From assembly GCF_001194135.2 (NCBI RefSeq), contig NC_068992.1, positions 27,299,406 to 27,331,964 on the forward strand: a stretch of 32,559 nt of DNA. The letters are read 5' to 3'. The notes beneath the pieces were generated by a model. It was not told where the DNA came from and made no database searches. It saw only the letters and a program-made list of their open reading frames with translations. Positions 1 through 10,803 of the stretch are shown one piece after another. Each line of letters starts with the position of its first letter. The stretch's first letter is position 1. This DNA is from Octopus bimaculoides. Lineage: Eukaryota. A program made the translations under genes and the position numbers.

Positions 1-62
1 GAAAAACTCTACATTTGTATTTTGTCCCCTCTGTGTTGAGCCCTGTGTGGCTAATAAAGAAA
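1..62 (+). repeat. Copy 1 of a ~62-bp SINE-tail-like segment; copy 2 is at 532-596
   Basis: gaaaaactctacatttgtattttgtcccctctgtgttgagccctgtgtggctaataaagaa recurs with few changes at 532-596; each copy is followed by a TATC/TATT array. Confidence 0.75.
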
Positions 63-136
63 CCTATCTATCTATTTATTTATCTATCTATTTATCTATC
101 TATTTATCTATTTATCTATCTATTTATTTATCTATT

Positions 137-167
<31 letters not shown>

Positions 168-415
168 TTATTTATCTATCTATTTATCTATCTATTTATC
201 TATCAATCTATCTATCTATTTATCTATCTATCAATCTATTTATCTATCTATTTATTTATCTATCTATTTATCTATCTATTTATCTATTTATCTATCTAAC
301 TATTTATCTATCTATTTATCTATCTATCACTCTATCCATTTATTTATCTATCTATTTATCTATCGATCTATCGATTTATCTATCTATTCATTTATCAATC
401 TATCTCTCTATCCCT
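63..415. repeat. Imperfect (TATC/TATT)n microsatellite
   Basis: Directly visible; explains the spurious IYLS ORFs. Confidence 0.97.
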
Positions 416-531
416 ATTGACCGCTCTTTTTTTTTCCGATCCCTTTTGATCGAACTCCCCCCTTTTTTCCTTCCTACGATCCCTTTTGATCGACACACAC
501 CTTTTTTTTTTCTCCTTCCCCCTCCCAAAAA

Positions 532-609
532 GAAAAGCTCTACATTATTGTATTTGTCCCATCTTCGTTGAGCCCTGTGTGGCTAATAAAAGAAATGTAT
601 CTCTCTATT

Positions 610-640
<31 letters not shown>

Positions 641-705
641 TTATTCATTTATCTATATATTTATCTATTGATCTATCTGTTTCAGTGTGTGTGTGTGTGT
701 GTGTG
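532..705 (+). repeat. Copy 2 of the SINE-tail-like segment, then (TATC)n and (GT)n running into a gap
   Basis: gttgagccctgtgtggctaataaa is shared with 1-62; microsatellites follow. Confidence 0.75.
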
Positions 706-1493
706 NNNNNNNNNNNNNNNNNNNNNNNNNNNNNNNNNNNNNNNNNNNNNNNNNNNNNNNNNNNNNNNNNNNNNNNNNNNNNNNNNNNNNNNNNNNNNNN
801 NNNNNNNNNNNNNNNNNNNNNNNNNNNNNNNNNNNNNNNNNNNNNNNNNNNNNNNNNNNNNNNNNNNNNNNNNNNNNNNNNNNNNNNNNNNNNNNNNNNN
901 NNNNNNNNNNNNNNNNNNNNNNNNNNNNNNNNNNNNNNNNNNNNNNNNNNNNNNNNNNNNNNNNNNNNNNNNNNNNNNNNNNNNNNNNNNNNNNNNNNNN
1001 NNNNNNNNNNNNNNNNNNNNNNNNNNNNNNNNNNNNNNNNNNNNNNNNNNNNNNNNNNNNNNNNNNNNNNNNNNNNNNNNNNNNNNNNNNNNNNNNNNNN
1101 NNNNNNNNNNNNNNNNNNNNNNNNNNNNNNNNNNNNNNNNNNNNNNNNNNNNNNNNNNNNNNNNNNNNNNNNNNNNNNNNNNNNNNNNNNNNNNNNNNNN
1201 NNNNNNNNNNNNNNNNNNNNNNNNNNNNNNNNNNNNNNNNNNNNNNNNNNNNNNNNNNNNNNNNNNNNNNNNNNNNNNNNNNNNNNNNNNNNNNNNNNNN
1301 NNNNNNNNNNNNNNNNNNNNNNNNNNNNNNNNNNNNNNNNNNNNNNNNNNNNNNNNNNNNNNNNNNNNNNNNNNNNNNNNNNNNNNNNNNNNNNNNNNNN
1401 NNNNNNNNNNNNNNNNNNNNNNNNNNNNNNNNNNNNNNNNNNNNNNNNNNNNNNNNNNNNNNNNNNNNNNNNNNNNNNNNNNNNNNNNNNNNN
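706..1493. other. Assembly gap (N)
   Basis: N run. Confidence 1.
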
Positions 1494-1596
<103 letters not shown>

Positions 1597-1677
1597 TTGG
1601 TGGTTATGACGAAAGAGATTGTATGGTGGACGCGATTGAAAGGGTTGAAGACCGGTACCTCCCTCTCTGGCCACGGC

Positions 1678-2925
1678 CTCATTGACTTTTATTTAGATAT
1701 CAGTAAAGCGTTCGATTCTGCACATTCAGATATATTGTTGGCCAAACTTAGGTATACAGGAATATGTAGAGTTCCTAACAATTGGTTTAGATCATACCTC
1801 TCTCAGCGTAAAGAGTATATTTCTGTTGAAACATCAAAATTACCATTATCGACTATAAAGCTAGGAGTCCCCCAGGGGTCCATAGAGCCCATTACTGTGC
1901 CTTACCTATATAAATGATATGTGCAAATTTACTAATTTATTAAATTTTCTAAATTTCGCTGATGATTCTACCATTTTTATTAGTCACCAGGACCTTGCTT
2001 CCCTCTTCAATACAGTTAATTCAGAACTGGATAAGGTTTATCAATGGCTTATCGCTAAGCGGCTTACCCTTAATATAAAAAAACCTGCTATATGCTTTCC
2101 TCCACAAAGCCCAAACAGCTTCTTCCTAATGTCCCCATTGCAGGTAAAGCAATTTCACATGTAACATCAACAAAATTTTTCAGCATTCATATTGATGAGT
2201 CCCTCAGTTTCAAAACACATATAAGCAATTTATTAAAACAAAATTCCCGTAGTCTTGGTATGTTAAATAGAATTTCTTACCTTCTTCCCGAAAATGTTAG
2301 AATCACTCTTTATTATTCTTTAATATGCTCAAAATTCTCTTAATGTGTTGCTGCCTGGAGAAATTGCAAAGTTCGCTTACTCAACCATGCCCTTCATAAA
2401 TCATGGTAGACTCTCAAAATAAACAATCCTCAATNNNNNNNNNNNNNNNNNNNNNNNNNNNNNNNNNNNNNNNNNNNNNNNNNNNNNNNNNNNNNNNNNN
2501 NNNNNNNNNNNNNNNNNNNNNNNNNNNNNNNNNNNNNNNNNNNNNNNNNNNNNNNNNNNNNNNNNNNNNNNNNNNNNNNNNNNNNNNNNNNNNNNNNNNN
2601 NNNNNNNNNNNNNNNNNNNNNNNNNNNNNNNNNCAAGTTCCACAAAATATTTCATCATCACCGCCATACTTATTTCTATGAAATTATCCGTCGCCATTTT
2701 CTCCCTCTTAACTACCAAACAAGAGGTATTGCTGACTTGAATTTTGAAACGCCCTTTCGTCGAGTATCAATTTGTCAAAAAAGCTTTATTTATAACAGTA
2801 TTAACATACCGAATAAAATTTTACCACGAAAGCTAAAAAATATTTTTTTCTCTGTCAAATTTCCAAAAATCATTAAAAGCTCACCTTCTGCTGAACCAAG
2901 CTCATTTATAAACTTTATTTTATAA
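1678..2925 (+). mobile_element. 5'-truncated, frameshifted non-LTR retrotransposon ORF2 (L2/CR1/Crack-type reverse transcriptase), spanning a gap
   Basis: Peptides FYLDISKAFDS, WFRSYLSQRKEY, KLGVPQGS, NFADDSTIF, VYQWLIAKRLTLN, TLYYSLICSK, and after the gap NYQTRG...SICQKSFIYNS. These match RT domains 3-7 and the ORF2 C-terminus; several frameshifts and stops. Confidence 0.92.
2435..2633. other. Assembly gap (N)
   Basis: N run. Confidence 1.
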
Positions 2926-2959
2926 ACCTACTGTATTTATAACATTTGTAATATTTTAT

Positions 2960-4350
2960 ATTTCCAGACTTAAAGAGATTTACTTTCTATATAATCAGGT
3001 TTAAATGATACGGTATAGAGTCCAATGGTAGCATTAGTTTAAGGTTTGATCTAATATATATTAAATTATAAGATGAATTTAGATCCTGAAATAGGGTACA
3101 TTGGTGTATAAAGTACAAGTAATAGTTGTGGGATGTACTTGAACTTTAGTGGCATTTGAAAATTGAGTTTGATTATAATAGAAAATTGACTATAACCTAT
3201 AGGGCACTGTAGTAATAATTTAGGGAAAGTATTACTATAGTTGATGGGTTTGTTAAAAATACTTCACTTTGACCCCCAAAATTATCTGTTAATAATAGTA
3301 ATATAACTTTTAATAGGGAAAGCCAATCCTAGGTTCCGGTATTAAAGTCTGGACAGTTTATAAGAGAAGGTTTACTAGATTGTAACGAGTTGTAATATAA
3401 TATTAATATTGATATTAATAATAATAATAATAACATTAATAACAATAAGAACAATAACAATAATAATAGTCGTAATAATAGTAAGGGCATATAATATTAG
3501 ATATGAGGGCAGACCATATAGAAATATTAAAAATTAAAGTTATAAGTAGCGGCTGGGAATTTTGCTATTCAAACCTAGGAACAACTCAGTATAGATTGAT
3601 TATAATGAAGAGTTAATTAGAACTGGTAATACAGTACAGTACAGCAGAGTCTATTATTAGATCTCAAAGCAGAATATAAGTGTATAACTCGACAATAATA
3701 AATGTAGGTATTAAATTAAATACTGGGGATAGGATAGCACACTGTGGATCTCAAATAAGATGAGAAGTGTTTATAGCTTATAGTATGGAATCCATGGAAT
3801 ATAATAATTATAGCAGACAATGTTAATATATTAAAATATAATTGAATATATCACTTGTGGGGCTTGAAAAAATTCCTAGAAGCAATTATTTCTGGAAAAA
3901 ATTATCTTAGTTCACGGTCGATGATAATATGTAGTATAATATCGGAGTTTAAGGCAGACATATAAATGTAAAATGAGTCAATAGTAATAGTAGCTTCCCA
4001 GGGGCAACTAAGATAATCTACTTATCTTGAATAATCAATAATCAATAATAAATAATATAGCAAGTATTGACAGGAGAGCAATAACCATAGAACAGATAAA
4101 GGAGTTACCTCCCCTACATATCAGAGAAAGTAAACAGACCTCGTGTTTAACGGAAAATGGTATAGTTTTTTTAAAAATTTGATTTGTTCGATCGATTCAT
4201 TATGTTTTCTTTTGGTTTTTTTGTTCTAATGAAAATCATTCCTGATGACGTGTGAGACGATTAATATATTTAACTTATTAATAGTTGAATATAGTCAAAC
4301 ACAGAAATGTTTACATTGAATGAAAAAAATGGATAAAACTCCGGTGTTCA
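2960..4350 (+). mobile_element. Possible heavily decayed Penelope-like element (GIY-YIG-like trace plus hammerhead-like 3' region)
   Basis: 3835-3969 reads NIIEYITCGA*KNS*KQLFLEKIILVHGR**YVV*YRSLRQTYKC, which resembles the PLE GIY-YIG start (NxIYxITC..C...YIG...L..R..VHR). The YIG itself is not conserved. A hammerhead-like fold follows at 4237-4346. Confidence 0.35.
4237..4346 (+). ncRNA. Degenerate type I hammerhead-ribozyme-like motif
   Basis: CTGATGA at 4242-4248; long stem II (gtgtgagac 4250-4258 / gtcaaacac 4294-4302, tatatttaact 4265-4275 / agttgaatata 4283-4293); GAAA at 4304-4307; imperfect stem III; CTC triplet at 4339-4341; weak stem I. Confidence 0.4.
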
Positions 4351-4694
4351 ATTTCTCTCTTTTTTAAATGTATAAATTTGAAACTTTGGAAATATAAACA
4401 ATGAGAACGATCCTTACGGAATCTAATCAATGATCGGATCTTTTTTAAAACGGGGGCCAGATTTTTCATTAATGTTTTACGTAGTGTTTTTGGTACCGAA
4501 AGACTTTCAAACTTCGTATACTTATCTATTTTGTGCTATAGAACAGAAAAATATTTTTGTATTCGAATTTATTTCATGTAAAAAATTGTCTTATTTCGAT
4601 AATTTCAACCAATCACAGACAAGTATTCAGTTGTTTACATTTACTCCTTTGGCTGATTAAGCCATAGCTTCGTTTTATTTGCTTTTTTCATTTT

Positions 4695-5690
4695 NNNNNN
4701 NNNNNNNNNNNNNNNNNNNNNNNNNNNNNNNNNNNNNNNNNNNNNNNNNNNNNNNNNNNNNNNNNNNNNNNNNNNNNNNNNNNNNNNNNNNNNNNNNNNN
4801 NNNNNNNNNNNNNNNNNNNNNNNNNNNNNNNNNNNNNNNNNNNNNNNNNNNNNNNNNNNNNNNNNNNNNNNNNNNNNNNNNNNNNNNNNNNNNNNNNNNN
4901 NNNNNNNNNNNNNNNNNNNNNNNNNNNNNNNNNNNNNNNNNNNNNNNNNNNNNNNNNNNNNNNNNNNNNNNNNNNNNNNNNNNNNNNNNNNNNNNNNNNN
5001 NNNNNNNNNNNNNNNNNNNNNNNNNNNNNNNNNNNNNNNNNNNNNNNNNNNNNNNNNNNNNNNNNNNNNNNNNNNNNNNNNNNNNNNNNNNNNNNNNNNN
5101 NNNNNNNNNNNNNNNNNNNNNNNNNNNNNNNNNNNNNNNNNNNNNNNNNNNNNNNNNNNNNNNNNNNNNNNNNNNNNNNNNNNNNNNNNNNNNNNNNNNN
5201 NNNNNNNNNNNNNNNNNNNNNNNNNNNNNNNNNNNNNNNNNNNNNNNNNNNNNNNNNNNNNNNNNNNNNNNNNNNNNNNNNNNNNNNNNNNNNNNNNNNN
5301 NNNNNNNNNNNNNNNNNNNNNNNNNNNNNNNNNNNNNNNNNNNNNNNNNNNNNNNNNNNNNNNNNNNNNNNNNNNNNNNNNNNNNNNNNNNNNNNNNNNN
5401 NNNNNNNNNNNNNNNNNNNNNNNNNNNNNNNNNNNNNNNNNNNNNNNNNNNNNNNNNNNNNNNNNNNNNNNNNNNNNNNNNNNNNNNNNNNNNNNNNNNN
5501 NNNNNNNNNNNNNNNNNNNNNNNNNNNNNNNNNNNNNNNNNNNNNNNNNNNNNNNNNNNNNNNNNNNNNNNNNNNNNNNNNNNNNNNNNNNNNNNNNNNN
5601 NNNNNNNNNNNNNNNNNNNNNNNNNNNNNNNNNNNNNNNNNNNNNNNNNNNNNNNNNNNNNNNNNNNNNNNNNNNNNNNNNNNNNNNNNN
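4695..5690. other. Assembly gap (N)
   Basis: N run. Confidence 1.
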
Positions 5691-5959
5691 ATCATAGCAT
5701 GTAAATAATGAGTTGAAAACTCCTTTCGCATAGAAAAAGTTGAAGGCTATTCGTGGGACACGGACCAGTATCTCCTATAGACCTGACAAGCATTCTATCG
5801 TTGGATTCCGGAAGTCTTCGATTTGTTCTATCCAAAAGGTTTCTTTATCCCAAACATGCTATTACTTATAGCTTTATATGCTTCGATGTCTACTGTTCAT
5901 AAAATGAAAAGAAATATTTCAAGTTTCTCGGAAGTTTATAAATTCTTATGACGTCAGCA

Positions 5960-6012
5960 ATATTATACATTACGTAGGTGCGGCCATATTATACATTACG
6001 TAGGTGCGGCCA
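5960..6012. repeat. Perfect 26-bp tandem duplication across a SINE 5' junction
   Basis: tattatacattacgtaggtgcggcca at 5961-5986 and 5987-6012. Confidence 0.95.
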
Positions 6013-6588
6013 TGACTATGTGGTTAAGATGTTCACTTTGCAAGCACGTGACTTCCAGTTCAGTCCCACTGCGCGATATCTTGGGCAAGTATTTCCTACT
6101 ACAGCCCCGGATCGACCGATGCCTCGTGAGTGGATTCGGTAGACAGAAACTGGGTGGAATTCCGTAGTGTGTGCATGCGTGTGTGTACCTGTCTTTACTA
6201 ACCGGTACTAGTTTGTTTACGTTCCTGTAACTTGATGGTTCAGTAAACGAGAATGATAAAAAAAACTCTCCAGACAAAGTTTATGACCGCATGAACCTAG
6301 CTTTCCTTCCTTTTTAAACAAAAAACACAGTTAGTAGGGTACATTAGAAAGAGATTTGGCTGTTGTTTCAAGCAGATCAAATGAGTGCGTAGCTTTTTCT
6401 TCGGTGATCGGAACCACTTTCATACAGGACTAGTACACAGAATTGACATCCCCGTAACTTAAGCGGTTCGACAAAATAGACCGATAGAATAAGTATCTGA
6501 CTTAAAAATAAGTATTGGGATCCATTCGTCCGAGTAAACAATTTACTGTGGTGCCCCAGCATGGCCGAAGTCCAGCGACTGAAACAAG
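6002..6588 (+). mobile_element. SINE family C, long variant (tRNA-like head, CORE-like cttgggcaagt, middle module, gactgaaacaag tail), decayed
   Basis: Head and tail match the reverse complement of 24678-25095; the middle module matches 31344-31483, including an identical 29-mer (6271-6299 vs 31455-31483). Confidence 0.8.
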
Positions 6589-6873
6589 GCAATATGTATT
6601 CAAATTAATCGCCAAGACATTTCAACTGCATTAACCAATCCACTTCACTGCAAGCAGATATTGTGTATACTTTTATTACTTCAATTACTTTGGTTTAAAA
6701 GTAGAATCATTGTATAATTGATAAGCATTTCATTAACTTACAATTTTATTTTAAAGTCTACTTATTGCCCTGAACCACGATACACCCATTCTGTTTTAAC
6801 CAGTTATATCGGCTGCACACGAAAGTATACACGATGTAAAGAAATCTGTCTTTGATATTTGATATAACAATAA

Positions 6874-7085
6874 GGCGGTGAACTGGCAGAAACGTTAGCA
6901 CGCTGGGCGAAATGCTTAGCGGTATGTCGTCTGTCTTTACGTTCTGAGTTCAAATTCCACCGAGGTTGACTTTGCCTTTCATCCTTTCGGGGTCGATGAG
7001 TTAAATACCAGTTGCGTACTGGGGTCGATCTAATCGACTGGCTCCTACCCAATATTTTCAGGCCTTGTGCCTAGAGTAGAAAATA
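6874..7085 (+). mobile_element. SINE family A (ggcggtgagctggcagaa head), full length, 16-bp TSD
   Basis: gagttcaaattcc B-box-like motif; central gcctttcatcctttcggggtcgat; TSD atatttgatataacaa at 6855-6870 and 7086-7101. Confidence 0.93.
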
Positions 7086-7465
7086 ATATTTGATATAACA
7101 AATAATGCGCGGGAGTTCATTAGATATACTTCAATAAGTAGCATTGGTTCATAAAAACAAGACAAGTTGCAGTCTTCGTATGGATTTAGAAACAAGGAAA
7201 GAAAGGAACCCATTTATACTTCATAATTGAAGTATTCACACAATAATATTTAGTATTAGTTTTAGTATTGTTGCTTTAACATCGATCTAGGCTCCTGATT
7301 TGATAGCTATAAGTTCCCTGCATTCGGTAGTTTTAAGAGAAAATTATAACATTGATGAAGCCTCTTAGATCGCCCTAAATAACCTCATACGACTTGTTTT
7401 ATCAATAAATCGAAGGGTCAATCGACATTCACATAACAGAGAGACAAACAAGGAGAGAAAGACAT

Positions 7466-7512
7466 AGAGAGAGAGATGGAAATACGAAAGGAATGAGAGA
7501 GAGAGAGAGAGT
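7466..7512. repeat. Interrupted (GA)n microsatellite
   Basis: Visible GA runs. Confidence 0.8.
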
Positions 7513-7801
7513 CCCAGAAACTGTGAACTCTATTGGACTTAGTAAGGTTATTTGCTATATTTCACTTGGTTGATTCATCAAATTTTCATAAAATTATGCC
7601 TCCTTCATATCCAAAATCTATTGATTTCCTTACTAATATATTATTTTAGGTTTCCGATCGATATCACACATCGAAGTTAATAATAGCTTTGGGGAAAAAA
7701 AGAGTAATTGATAATCTGTTCAAACACTTCAAATTGCTTTGGAATGCTTTGCAAGGATAAATTCTTGACGCTATTGTAATTGAGCAGCAAAACAACATAA
7801 A

Positions 7802-7856
7802 GTAACTACTACTACTACTACTACTACTACTAATAATAATAATAATAATAATAATG

Positions 7857-7946
<90 letters not shown>

Positions 7947-8003
7947 GTAGTAGTAGTAGTAATAATAATAATGACGATGATGATGATGTAGTGGTGATAA
8001 TGT
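7802..8003. repeat. Compound trinucleotide microsatellite (TAC)n(TAA)n(TAG)n(TGA)n
   Basis: Directly visible; explains the poly-Ile/Ser ORF. Confidence 0.97.
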
Positions 8004-8639
8004 AAGAGAAACATGATTGTACGTTGCTACATTTTCTTATTGTTCTTATAAATATATTAACCTTTTTTGCGGAGAAAGATTTGGCTTATTACACCGAACA
8101 GATTAGCCTTACTTCAAAGAGAAAAGCTTCATTGCAGACCATCTCTTCTGTCAAAGTTGAATCCACCGTGCGAAGAAGAAGAAGAAAAAAATAATAATAA
8201 TAATAAAAAGAACGAGACACTTTATTTCCAGTGGGGAAGAAAACAATAAAAAGTTGTTTTTTTACCAATAAAACGAATGATTTTTACTGCCTGTTGAAGC
8301 AAGATCTGAGATTGCTGTTGTTTTATAATACATTTAGCAAATAAATCAATAAATATGAGACGGATTCATTATATACACATAAATTGTTAAATATGAGTTC
8401 GATTCTTACTATCTGCCACTCTATTTTTTTTCCGAGTGTTTTAGCAGAAAATATATCTCGTAGGTGCTATATTTAGTGGATGTGATTTAAAGTTTATATC
8501 CTAGTACAGTTACGTTATGTCATTGTGGTAGGTACTTTAATCGTACCACTCTCAGAAACGTATGTTTCCACTTTATATGAAAACAAACCTCACAAATAAT
8601 TGCTTGATACCTTTGCATGTGTATATTCAAACTTCACAG

Positions 8640-8672
8640 TTCACGTTTAATACCCAAGACAGAAACATCAAG
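8640..8672 (+). CDS. Candidate 33-nt exon (FTFNTQDRNIK or SRLIPKTETS), unverified
   Basis: cttcacag| acceptor and aag|gtaatt donor; two frames open. Confidence 0.3.
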
Positions 8673-10154
8673 GTAATTGAACGCAAGAAATGATACATGG
8701 TTTTTTTTTTTTTTCTTTACGATTATGACTCCGTTGTTTCCCTAAGTATTTTACACGAGTTATCTCCTGAGAATTCCATTGATTACAGTATATAATTAAT
8801 GGAGATGTACTCAGCCTAAAATTGCTTCAAAGTACCGCCCTTAACTATTCACAATAAGCCATAATAACAGATCTTTTTGTTTAAATTCAAAAGATTATCC
8901 AGTCAGGTTGTGTCTTAAAATGTGTCAAAGTTTCTTACATTGAGACACTTTGTTTCTTTCAGTGAAAGAATATTCTTTGAAGATATGAGAGCTGCTTAAT
9001 GGTATTGAGTGAAAATAACTTGAATGTATTTACTTCTTTATGGATTACATGAGTCATTACAGTGTAGAAACTGAAATTTTCGTAGTCATATCTTATTCAT
9101 AGAGTATTATAGAGCTCTAGATGGACATGAACTCAGCGCTGCTATATAACAAAATATTTATCAGTTTTAAAGTGTTTCCACAACTCAAAGTTCTGAGATG
9201 TTTGTACTATTCATTTCTTATATACAGTGAGCGGAGCTATTCGAAAGTTAAGCTTCGTTCTTGACCACAAGTGATAGAACATGAGTCCTTGTTTCTACCT
9301 TGATAGTGCAAATTCCTGTCAAGTAAAGATAACACTATATCCGGTTCCCATTGTTCGGTTCCTATTAAAAAAATATATTGTTCGTTCTTAGATTTGAAAA
9401 ATCAATGTTCAGGTATTTTACTCGTAGTCGAAAGAGAAGGCTTCTTGTGATATTGTGTTGTTTAACAATTCATGCATCGTGGTGTACGTATTTTTTCCTA
9501 TCTTTAAACTGAACGTTGAGCCGCTTCATTTGTTGCTAAATGAAGTTTTTACAATTCACACCTCAAATAACTACGTTTTTTTATGGCAGATTATTCAAAG
9601 AGTTCAATATGAACTGAATTGTTCACCCCGAAATATTTAACGCAATTCCTTCTCATTCGTTGTTAACCTCTTCTGACATTAAACACTGGTTTCATACGCT
9701 CAAAACAATCTTCTTGCTATTGACTTATATCTACAGATAACACTCTCTCGTAAATTTCATATTTCCTCAAGTAGGTTACGATAATTTGCATTCAGGACAC
9801 CCACATTAAACCAATAAGCAATGTTTTTTTTCAGATTCCTAATTCACTTCCTTCAAGTCTGGAAACTATTGTTAAAGAATATAACTTTAATGTTACCTTA
9901 TCGGAATTTTGTAAACAAAATCGATAATAATACTTTTATATCTAAAACAACAAGATTAAAACTCAGACTGATCGAAAATAAAACATCGTATTTGGAAAAA
10001 GTAGTTTCACAAGTCTTGGATTGGATTTAGTAATAAATTATGCCAGCGTTAACTATCAAGCTATCTTTGTAAACGCTACTCTTTAAATAGAAGAGGATAT
10101 CTGATAATAATGATTTCAAATTTTTGGTACAATGCCTGAAAGTTCAGGTTAGTT

Positions 10155-10327
10155 GGTGAATCGATTACATTGACCCCAGTGCTCAACTGATACTTGTTTT
10201 TATTGACTCCGAAAGGGTTAATGGCGAAGTCGACCTCAGCGGCATTTGAAACCCGAACGTAAAGACGGACGAAATGCCGCTAAGCATTTTGCTCTGCGTG
10301 TTAACGATTTTACCAGCTCGCCATCTT
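10155..10327 (-). mobile_element. SINE family A, decayed
   Basis: Reverse complement of the family A head and central motif (gtcgacctcagcggcatttgaa...accagctcgcc). Confidence 0.88.
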
Positions 10328-10803
10328 AAGATACCTAATAATAATAATAACCTATTTCAACGGCTTCTCATTTAGAAGCTGTTGTGTTGTTGTTTTAATG
10401 TAGGTATGAGCACAAAACATGTCCACCTACCAACGCTATGTCGGAAGTGTGAGAAAAAAGCCAATTTTCCTGAGTGTGAAAATCACGTATTAAACAATTA
10501 TGGCACCAATAAAGACTAAATAAACCGATTTCTAATTCATCAATTTCTTCAACTTTGTGAAGTTCTAATTTATTAGATCCTTTTCTGATGCAGGCTTTTG
10601 GTTGACATAGGAAAGTGGAACTGTTTTGTCATTGAAACTATTCGAAGAATTTGATATTAGGTGTGTATGAAATTTGCAGAGATATTTTTAGTTATACTCA
10701 CTGTCAACTCTGATTTAACTCTGGAATAGAGTTTCATACCCCAACATTTTGCAGTGGCATTTAAATTCAATATCTCAGAAGCTCCTCAGAGTATTGCCAA
10801 ATT

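Noticed and set aside
2960-4150. Possible mitochondrial insertion (NUMT), suggested by AT-richness and A-ending codons
   Set aside because: Manual translation with the invertebrate mitochondrial code gave no recognisable OXPHOS protein on either strand; not formally excluded without BLAST.
8075-8194. Open frame KDLAYYTEQ...RRRRRKK* followed by AATAAA, resembling a terminal exon
   Set aside because: No convincing acceptor; the basic tail comes from a GAA repeat; AATAAA is common in AT-rich DNA.
8963-9001. AG...GT-bounded exon-like segment
   Set aside because: Stop codons in all three frames.
9392-10147. Further exon candidates at 9392-9412, 9835-9910 and 10091-10147
   Set aside because: Splice sites are plausible but weaker, frames are ambiguous and the peptides are uninformative; not supportable without RNA data.
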